Shown here: positions 54,181 through 64,000 of the stretch, piece after piece | Position numbering within the stretch: position 1 is the stretch's first letter | How the letters are laid out: every line of letters begins with the position of its first letter | Source of the DNA: Bugula neritina | Taxonomy: Eukaryota > Animalia > Bryozoa | Length of the DNA: 64,000 nt | Direction: 5' to 3' | NCBI GenBank assembly: GCA_964035545.1 | Contig: OZ037771.1 | Coordinates: 14,879,133 to 14,943,132 of the forward strand | The notes under the pieces: model-generated | What the model saw: the letters and a program-made list of their open reading frames with translations, nothing else | The model's database searches: none | What the model was told of the DNA's origin: nothing | Translations under genes and position numbers: made by a program

Positions 54181-55238
54181 AATTGCCCCAGACTCAGCTG
54201 ACACATTTGTCACTGTTATTAAAATAGCAATCTGCTTGGGACACAGTCAACAATACTTAGGTATGGAGCTGTGTTATAATGGTTTCTATTTGCTTCTGAT
54301 TTGTATCAATTCTCATAGACCTATCAATTTATAGGTTAAAGGTCAATCTTCCTGTGAATTCTGAGCCCTGTCTAACTACATTTCCTATCAATTTCTCGTC
54401 TAATATATTACTAATTTTACATGTAATATGATACAATGTTCCAAAAACTCCTAAATAGTGTGTAATTCAATGTTTATTGTGATTATTTTAGTTTTTAAAT
54501 CTGCTATTAACAGAGTTCACACCAATGCTTGCACATGAAACATGGTTAAAAAAACTTTTCTACTTTTGAAATATTATAGTATTGCAACAGTGTGTTTGTA
54601 CGATGCAAGAACATACTGTATAATATAGTGGTTTATTATCTCAATTATATACGGAATTTTTTTCCTCCAAGACAATCAACTTATTTGAGGCTAATCTTCA
54701 TAATTATTTTGAGTAAAAAAAATTTTTATGACATAAAGCAAATAAAGCAGCTTATATGTTTAGTGAAAATTATTTGCAAGTAACGTATTTTATTCCGTTT
54801 GTAATTTCACCTCTTTGATCCCTCTTAAGCATTGGCTTGTTTTTTAAAGAAATTATCATTATGGCCGACAAAACTATATTATCATTTACTTGAAGCTTTA
54901 GAAATTAACGGTGGCATATGGCCATAAATAACTTACGTTAGGGATTATATATAGCTTTAGCCAACCTGGAATGCAGATATCTCTAAAGTGCTCATTTGGG
55001 ATTGGACTTATAGGTATAAAGCTAGCTAGCTACCTAGCATAATATATATTATATAGTATATAACACCTGGTTTATATAAAACTCACAGATTATAAAAACT
55101 ATAAAAAAATATGAGCAGAGGCAAAGAAATAAATTTAATAACGGATTTATTATTGAATGTAAGCAATGCTATTATTTTTACGAAATTTTTATCTGCTTAA
55201 CAAATTCTGTTTTTATATTTTGAGAGAAAATATAAGAA

Positions 55239-55463
<225 letters not shown>

Positions 55464-55735
55464 CATATTTATCAGAATATGTATATCAAGAAGCTTTGGT
55501 AAGCCGATTTCAAGCTCATTACGTTATATTTATATAAAAACATATTTCACACCAGCAGATTTTAGAATGAACTTTGGATATTGTAATTACAGGTGATACT
55601 TTTAACTTTTATCTGAAGATAAAGATTATAATATAATTAGTGTAACATAACTGTTTAATAGATGCATTAACACACGATGTAAATCAAATCTAGAAAATTT
55701 CAGACTGCAATACAATAGAGATATAAAATATGTCT

Positions 55736-55897
55736 AGTAATTAACGTAATTAACGTAATTGAGTCAATAAATTTCTCACAATAGCATCCCATTATCACAA
55801 ATCACTTCTATAAAAAGCTTAAGCCCCCATTGGGATTCTAACCCGGGATCCCATGGGCTCGTATAAGCAAGTGTGTTAACCATTATACCACGGGAAG
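55736..55897 (-). mobile_element. tRNA-derived SINE or tRNA pseudogene
   Basis: A box TGGTATAATGG, B box GGTTAGAATCC and a 3' tail of AATTACGTT repeats. Confidence 0.55.
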
Positions 55898-55899
55898 TA

Positions 55900-56088
55900 C
55901 TGGAAAAACTGATCACCACATCTAGCCTAGTTTTCTGAACTCCACTGGCCTCTCTACTACTCACCCAGTCTTTAGGCTCTCCTAGTTACCCAACTGTTTC
56001 AGAATATTACTACATTTTACTATATTCGAAACAGGAGACCTCTGACTTGCAAGCAGGAGCCGATAACCAAGCATTCCACAGGAGCTAC
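55900..56088 (-). mobile_element. Second decayed tRNA-headed SINE-like sequence
   Basis: The head GCTCCTGTGGAATGCTTGGTTATCGGCTCCTGCTTGCAAGTCAGAGGTCTCCTGTTTCGAAT has degenerate A and B boxes. Confidence 0.4.
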
Positions 56089-56747
56089 TGGGTAAACTCA
56101 ACACTACTACTTTGCAAAATAATTTTTTAGTAACAGATTTTCTTTTACCTGTGCCACATAACTTTTATCACTCATGTTAGAACATGCAGGTAAATTTCAA
56201 CTGGGTTTAAATATATGCATGTAGATGCAGGCTTTTAGCCTCTATATCCATAATTTTACTTTGAAAAGTTTATTGACAAGGTGTGCTTTTGTGCTTGTAT
56301 TGCCTATGAAAGAGTAAAAGAATAAACTGATCAACTCTTGGATTAAATAAATCATAATAAAAAGCATAATTGCAATATTCCAACAACTTGCATCCATATT
56401 TTACTGCCAGCTTAAACATAATGGATGAATTTCTATGTGTCAAAAAACTAAATTAATAGTTATTTTGTGGCAATATTCTAACTATTAAATTGTATATATA
56501 ACCATAAGACTGATTTAATTGACTCTAGTCTTAACAATGAGCTACAGGATTATAATTTTAAGTACAATATTAATGTTTATAATCCTAAATCCTAAAAACA
56601 ATCCAGTTGAGTAGATCTTAGGAGTAAATTTGTAGCAAATGAATCTTAGCAGTTGAATGAGGAAGAAAAAGAGGTAGTGTCTTACAAAATTAATATGAAT
56701 GTTGACTTTAAGAAAGTTTGAAGAACTATCGATATATAGGGGATACG

Positions 56748-58103
56748 ATGAACACAGAGGCAATTTTCAGTAAGTATAATAACTTTTACAAAGTGCTTTG
56801 AACAGGGCAGGTCATTGTTACAAAAGCTTTTTGTCTTATAGCTTCAAGTAAAATATTGTTTGATGAAAGCTTTTGTGAAAGCTTTTGCAATAGCTTTTTT
56901 TGGTATAGCTTTTAATTGATGAGTCAGTACAGCTCAAGAGCTAAAAGAGGAAAGTTGGCTTTTGATAAAGTTGCAAGCAATTTAGATTGTATTGCATGCC
57001 CAAATAATTGTAGGTCTTGTGAAAAAATGAACTGTTGGCATTAGGCAAACGGTAAAGTTGTGGCCTGCATATGTGCATACAGCATCAGTGCTGACGCAGT
57101 CATTAGTAAATTTAGATAAGCTCTTGTTTAGCAGAATCTTATTATCTTATTATATTATATTTTGTAGTGAGTTTGTTGGTTATAATAATGCTGAAAATGT
57201 CTACAGCAGTTAGTAAGTTTTCTATGCCTAAATGGTATATAAATTAAAATGTCATTGTGTTAGTAGTAACTAAAATATACATATGTTTTGCTGCTCCAAT
57301 TCATTCTGGATGCAAATAAAAGCTTATATAGCAGGCAAGCTGAAGCAGTTTTTATGTTAAGATTTTTTTTTACCGCATAAAAATTTTATAACTTTATGAT
57401 CCAAAACTGAAACTAAATTTTGGATTATTGCAAAAAGATAAAAAACTTGCCTAAACAGCCTCAAATAAGCATGGGTAAATATGATTAGGTGTTTCTAATG
57501 AAGCATTTGAATGCAGTATGCTGAGTGTAGCTAAGACTGACTTGCTTAGCACAACTATCCAAATGTACCTATAACATGCAAGTAATAGAGATATACCAGG
57601 TCTATAGATTGAATCATAGCATAGTGCATTCTGGGATGCTGCTTTTGGGTGAAGCTGCTTTCAGCATGCATTTCCTCAAGCTGTGGTTTCACGCAATTGA
57701 CATTGCCTCCATGCAATAATTGAATAATCCATTCGCATAATATGCAAAGCAAGGAGGTGGGTAATTGTAGAGCCCTATGCGTTGAGATGTTTCTATATTA
57801 TCCTTAACATGACACGGCTCACCAGTTGAAACACATTTTAATAGTAATGTGTTTTTTAACCTAGTTGGCTTAACAGATTATAGCAAATCAGCGCATCTCC
57901 TTACAAGACTGGCTGTAAAAAAAATATAACTAAATCTCTTCTCATAAACCGTCGCAATACGTGGATCACGCTATTGTCAAATCCCAGTTTAAAATCTCAA
58001 TATCTTATTGTGATTGGATACTTTGTGAAGATTAGTTCCAACGTCAAAACTCACAAAAATCTTTTGACAATGAAAAATTTTACTTGCATGGCTAAAATTT
58101 AAG

Positions 58104-58174
<71 letters not shown>

Positions 58175-60244
58175 TTATAGTTTTGGCATGTAACCAAGCC
58201 ATAGACTGTATCACAATGAATGAAGGTCTTTGTTCCCCTGGAGGCCGAAGAGTGTGTATGAAGAGATCTCCGTGTGCAGATACTGATCGATCTGTCACTG
58301 CCTGCACTCAGGGAGGTAAAACACACATCAAAATGCTTATGAATTACACACCACGTACTGTCAAAACTTAACTCAATTAAGGCTTTTAATGACAGAAGAA
58401 TCATCTCAGGTTATGTCTATGTTTATGTTTTAGCTGCAACTGAAAGTGGACTTGTACCTTTTATTTCAGTCCCTAATGTAAGCGGCCAAACTGAGGATGA
58501 AGTATGTGGAGTTTTTCCTGAAGCTCCGGCCAGATTTGGTATCAGAAATACACGAATACTTTTAGCAATTCATATCTGTAGGTCTATATTGACATTAACT
58601 TTTACTTATGTAACTTTTATGTTTACGTTGTTATTTAAAAGACTCATTAAAATGATGACAACTAAAATGCCTGATCCAATCTTGATTGCTTTTGTTTTGC
58701 AGCTATTAATACTACAATCAACGGGCGAGTAACTTTTTGTACATCGTATAAAGATATTTGTGAAACTGGAGTATCTAGAGATATGCAAATATTTTACTAT
58801 TTCACTGCTTGTCCTGTAACCACTGCCGCACCTGTGCCCATACAAGGGGGAGTGAGAGTAGCCGCACCACCTTCAGCGCCTGCAACTACTACAGCTGCAC
58901 CAACAACTACAGCTGCACCAACAACAACTACAATTTCACCAACAACCACTACCATTGGACCCAATTCTCCAAAATGTCTCAGCTGTTTTATTGCTAACAT
59001 GGATAAAATTCCTTGTTCCTCATCATGTGGAGCTAGTAGCAGAGTAGTCATGTGCCCGTACCTACCTCAGTGTCAATTTAGAATCTTTCCTTGTCAAGCC
59101 CCGGTAAGATGAAGTGAAACATGCATAATCAAACGAGACTTTGTCTTTGCGCGCACTCGTTGTGATATGTTATGTAACATTGTAGGATTGAAAACTTGGG
59201 ATTTAAAAACGTTCGTAAATTGTTATTTATTAGTATTTTAAGTGATTTTTTGAACAAGTATTTACGTGCTCTTAGCGCTTATATGAAGACTGGAAATGAA
59301 TGTCAGAAAAGCGATGACAAATGGTGTAAGTAATTGTATAGGACTTTGGACATAATGACAAATGTCATTACGATTATGTCTGTTAGACATAATCATGATA
59401 ACAGTGTACTATATATAGCACCAGCAATTGCAGAATCAGAGCATAAAGCATGCAAAATGAAACATAAACTTGCCTTATGGCCTGTTGCCTGTTATTGTAG
59501 CCATGTCCAGGAAACTGGTGTGATTGGGCACCCTATGAACCATGCACAGGATTTTGTGCAAATGAAATCGCTATAATGGGCACTCAGAGAAGAAAGAGAG
59601 TTTGTGCTTGCTTGCCACCAGAATCTTCGAGTGGTCCAACATGCCTGGGAGAGTTTGAACAGATCAGAGATTGTGTTCCATCAGTAAGGTTTTTCCTAGT
59701 ACAGTTTACAAAAAGATGATGCATCAACAGCCAAATCATGGTCAATGGCATTATTGTTAACTATATATAAACAAGTTTAATTGATTTTAAATAAAAAAAT
59801 AGGTGTTTTCTCTTCATAGTTTTATTAATTGTTATTTTACATCTAAAACTTTAGGTGAAAGTTTCAAAATATAGTAGATGTTGCACTAGTGAGAAACTTA
59901 TGCTGTTTTAAATAGGACTTTCATTTTTAGTAGTGAGATATAAGATTAAGTCACAACCGCACAAGTCTAAGTCAAAAGAATTGTCAATTGAATTCTGATC
60001 GTAATTAATTATTAGGCATTACAAAATAATGGAGTAAATTGTTTTATGTTTTATGTTTTTTATGTTTCTATCTTAACCACAGGACTGCCTACCTTCAACT
60101 AGGATTATTGGTGGTAGGCCTCAAAGAAGAGGAAGAAGCAAACTAAAGCAAAGGAGAAGAAAACAGCAACAGGCCAAAAAACGCCAACGTCGAAGTAAAA
60201 AGAAAAAAAGAAGTAGGCGAAGAGACAAAAAGCAAAAGCTTTAA
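56748..60244 (+). CDS. Gene C: paralog of gene B, secreted TSR protein with Thr/Ala/Pro linker and Lys/Arg-rich tail (7 exons, 363 aa)
   Basis: GT-AG exons 56748-56769, 57168-57212, 58181-58315, 58434-58577, 58703-59103, 59501-59683 and 60083-60244 give a stop-free 1092-nt frame. Features are the signal peptide MNTEAIFMSLLVIIMLKMSTA, the TSR WCDWAPYEPC...TQRRKRVCAC and the same intron phases (1,1,1,1,0,0) as gene B. Exons 1-2 are less certain. Confidence 0.85.
58108..58171. repeat. (TA)n tract just upstream of the exon 3 acceptor of gene C
   Basis: Read directly. Confidence 0.95.
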
Positions 60245-60886
60245 GGCAGACTCGTTAGCTCAAGTCTCAATATAAACTATCAAAAGAACATAACTCTTTA
60301 GTTGACAGCTGTGAGATGTTATTGAACTGTAATTTTGTGAATTAGTTTGTAGATGCAATGAATAGCTCATTTCATATTTCATTCTTTGTAAACAAATTTT
60401 TCACTGAAGTCAACGTTGAGCTGACAGCCAAAAATGACTATTGATTTTAATTTTCAAATTAATTTTTTTCAAAATTAAATGGAAACATTTACATTTTATA
60501 GAGGTTATTGCTATGCTGTCTATAGTCATACAAATGTTACCTGCACATGTACAGTTGTACAAGTGACAGTGTTAGAAATAACGTATTTTCAATTATATGG
60601 TACAGATAAATGGAAAAATCTAAAACTGCAATGAAGAATTCATAATTGATATCTCTCAAATCAGTGGTAATTGCAGCTAGAGATATGTTGTTCGAAGTCT
60701 TGTACTAGTATATTGAGCTTTTTGACAGATTTATCTTCTCTCTGTAATAAGAAACTGATTAGTTATATGGTTAGTTCAAGGATAAAGTTTGTAAAACACA
60801 ACTAAACGATATATGCTGCAAAATTTGCTGGTTCAACTGTTGACTTTTTGAAAATTAGCAGGAAGAGGTTGGGTTTGTGTATAGAT

Positions 60887-61058
60887 GTAAGTAAGTAAGT
60901 GAATAAGTGAGTGAATGAGTGAGTGAATGAGTGAGTGAGTGAGTGAGTGAGTGAGTGAGTGAGTGAGTGAGTGAGTGAGTGAGTGAGTAAGTAAGTAAGT
61001 AAGTAAGTGAATAAGTAAGTGAATAAGTAAGTAAGTGTGTAAGTAAGTAAGTAAGTAA
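60887..61058. repeat. (TAAG/TGAG)n microsatellite, paralogous to 52897-54180
   Basis: Both flanks align with those of the 52.9-kb array. Confidence 0.9.
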
Positions 61059-61494
61059 ATTGCCACAGAGTCAGCTGGCATACTGGCCACTTTTATTCAA
61101 ATAGCAATCTGCTTGGGCCACGCGCAGTCAACAATACTTAAATATGGAGATGTGTTATAAAAGCTTATATTCACATAATATGATTTCTATCATTTCTCAC
61201 AAATCTTTTAATTTATTATAGGTTAAAGGTCAATCTTCCTGTGCATACTGAACACTGTCTAACTACATTTCACATCAATTTCTCCTTTAATTTATTACTA
61301 ACTTTATATGCAATATGACACAGTGTTCCAACAACTCCTTAATCGTGCATATTATAAGTGTTGTGACAATTTTATTTTGCCTATCTGTTGTTGCCAGAGT
61401 TGTCACACTAATGCTTGCCTTTGAAACATAGTAAGTCCAATGAATAGTAGCTTGTAGTCATGTGATCTAATATTTCCCTGCCATCACTAGTCTA

Positions 61495-61708
61495 TAAAAG
61501 GGAGCAGCCGTAGTCTAGGAGTTTGAGCGATTGCCTAGTAAACTCGAGATCATGGGTTCAAGCCCGGACAAAGGCAATTGGTGATGTTAGGAAGAGCATC
61601 CAGTCATAATTGCTCTTTTGCCTCATTCAAATAAGTCCTTTGCCCTTAACCCTTTCTATCAGGGGTTTCTAACAGGAATAGTGACTATATATAAACTTGC
61701 GTGAGTTT
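61495..61708 (+). mobile_element. tRNA-derived SINE with ~12-bp TSD
   Basis: A box TAGTCTAGGAG and B box GGTTCAAGCCC, with flanks ATCACTAGTCTA (61483-61494) and ATCATTAGTCTA (61709-61720). A second copy lies at 12046-12245. Confidence 0.75.
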
Positions 61709-64000
61709 ATCATTAGTCTAATACGTTTTTGCACTTATTATGAACGTTGATGTCTAACATTCTCATAGAGTTTTCAACGTTCACAGACAAACACACACGC
61801 TCACCTGTCTCTCAGTTTTGTGTTCCAAATTTCTGGTTGTTAAATGCTGTTTTGGAATGAAATTTAAAAGAAACTGAAACATTGAAACTAACAGAAAACA
61901 GTTACTGTACAAACAATCTTAATGTTAGAGTTAACATTAATATAAAGTATGTGTTTTTTTATATTGTATTATGCTCTTACTTTTGCTCAGGTCTAATCAA
62001 ATGCACTAAATTACAGCGTTTTTAAACCCTGACAGCAGTAGATAAATATTTTTACAAATAGCTCTATAACTGGCAGCTAAAAATTTTAGGAAGAAAACTT
62101 TCCAATAGTCCTATTCAAATAATAAAAATATGAAAAGTAGTTTATTATTGCATCGATAAATCTATATACTCTCCTTGGATAATAATTTAGCCTAATTCGT
62201 GCACATAATTTGCTATTATCATATATAATAGTTTTTACAAAACAATAATGCTTTAGTTGTAAGCTTTGAAATTTTGTATCGTACAAATGAAAATAGTTCT
62301 AATGCAGGACTAAAATAGGGATGATCTTGAACAAAGTGTGATTCAGATTGAATAAATTGCACGTCAACTCAGATCGATACTGTAATTAGCAAAGTTCATT
62401 CAGGTGTGATTTAACCAGTATAGTTTTATTAATTTCAAATATATCATGCTTTATAGCTCAAGGTGATTAACAGAGAACGTAGTCAGGTTAGGTTTAATTA
62501 GATGCTTTTATGGGGTAATGGACGAATATAGGAAGTTGTGTTGCTTAAGTCGCTGCAGTTACACACTACTCTAAAAGCTGCAAGTAAACATATATAAACA
62601 ATTGCATGAAGTATAATTCTGTGATCTTGAAAGTTTGAATTGTATAACTGTAATTATTTAGCTATGTTTATAACACAGCTAATAAATCACTAACACAATT
62701 TGCTGACTAGGCTATAACATATTTATTGGTTTTATAAAAAAAAAATTATCTTTTAATTTAATTGCAGTAAGTACAATGTATTCTAATTCTTCTTTGCACT
62801 AAAATTTCCAATTCATTTTACTGCTATATAAGTAATTAAAAGAAATTGTTCAAGTTGAAAATTCTTAAACTGCAAAATGTTCTTTTTTTATTTTCAAGAT
62901 TTGAAAAGTCATTGACTTTACAATCGACTGTATAGAAAAAAAGCTTTCAGTAGATTAAATATAGTTTATATATATGTATATTTGTAGTACTTGAATAAAT
63001 TTTTTTCAAATTAGACTCAGTTGTACTGCTTAATGTGAATTGCCTTAAATGTCAGAATTTATTAAATTTACAAGCTGATGATAGACTTTAAGTATAGCAT
63101 TACAAATAAAAAAATTGAAAGATAAACAAGCTATAATCTTTTCAGAACCAAAACCAATTTTCCACTATTGATTTTATTTCTTTTAGATATAAACATTTTC
63201 GTCCAATAATAAGCATATTGCGCAACATTTACAAATTGTTACTGACAATAACAAGCTACTATAGTCACAGTCTTGAAGTGAAAACGAATAAACTGCATGC
63301 CAATACTTTCACCTTCTATATCAGCCAAACACCAAATGTGCTAATACTGCAGGTAATAAGCTAAATATTTGCCAAGTTTCGATAAATACTGTTTATGTGC
63401 ACCAAAAAGTCCTATATCTTGATGAAGGAATTCAATGTTTTTAATTTGAAATGTTGTTGTTTTTAAGATTCTCCAACAGATTGAATTAAAAATATTTTAA
63501 TTTATCAAACATGTGCAGCTTGTTTGGTTAACAATGCCTCAAGGCTAATTTATATCAGCTCCTTATAGCTTGTGAGGTAGGGAACTAGTGATCAACTCAA
63601 GCGCTACTGAAGCGCTAATATGCTACTTACCGATTTGGCTATTGCAGTTTCAGGTATTTACTAATACTTAATTATAAACAACTCTCTATATTACTCGGGA
63701 AATTAGGATCTATAAAAAACTCTGTACCAAATTTTATGCAAAATTGCGCCACTATTAATGTGCTGAGAAGTTATTTAGCAATACAGATAATATTATAAAA
63801 CATTGTCCATCAATCAATCATTATGCGGGCAAAGTTGATGTGTAACTTGATGACATATGACAAAGAGAGCTCATTTAGATTAATTGAAATTGTCTGTCAG
63901 AAGGTATTTGGATTAGTGGCACACTTGTGGCTTACAGCCAAGTACTTTGATAAGCTCACATATCCGCTAGATGAAGGGTGATTACTCAAGTAGAAGATCC

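Noticed and set aside
52810-54213. 427-467 aa LLTY-repeat ORFs
   Set aside because: They are translations of the (TAAG)n microsatellite, open in all three minus frames.
55830-55897. Functional tRNA genes here, at 56020-56088, 15243-15310 or 61500-61570
   Set aside because: A and B boxes are present but the cloverleaves are broken and SINE-like bodies or tails follow.

Overview
AT-rich (~30% GC by eye) eukaryotic DNA, probably from an invertebrate animal, with no prokaryotic features. The 1-18 kb region holds nested DNA transposons. A 7.3-kb Sola2 element with ~0.94-kb TIRs has a CACTA/EnSpm-like element inside its left TIR, a hAT (Buster/Charlie) element contains a TA-flanked element, and there is a MITE. 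From 15.4 to 38 kb is a tandem array of a ~2.8-kb unit that looks like a decayed L2/CR1-type LINE, with one RTE-LINE insertion copied several times by later duplications. From 38.5 to 60.3 kb is a + strand cluster of three paralogous genes that the ORF track misses because of their introns: two apparently intact 7-exon genes (356 and 363 aa) and one pseudogene. They encode secreted proteins with a signal peptide, Cys-rich modules, a Thr-rich linker, a degenerate TSR, a thrombospondin type-1 repeat and a tail that is about half Arg/Lys. Between the pseudogene and the first intact gene is a 272-bp retrozyme-like unit bounded by two type-I hammerhead ribozyme motifs (one intact, one mutated), close to a split, inverted Penelope-like element. 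tRNA-derived SINEs and long microsatellites (TA, CA, TAAG) fill the rest. All translations and alignments were done by hand; nothing was searched against a database.
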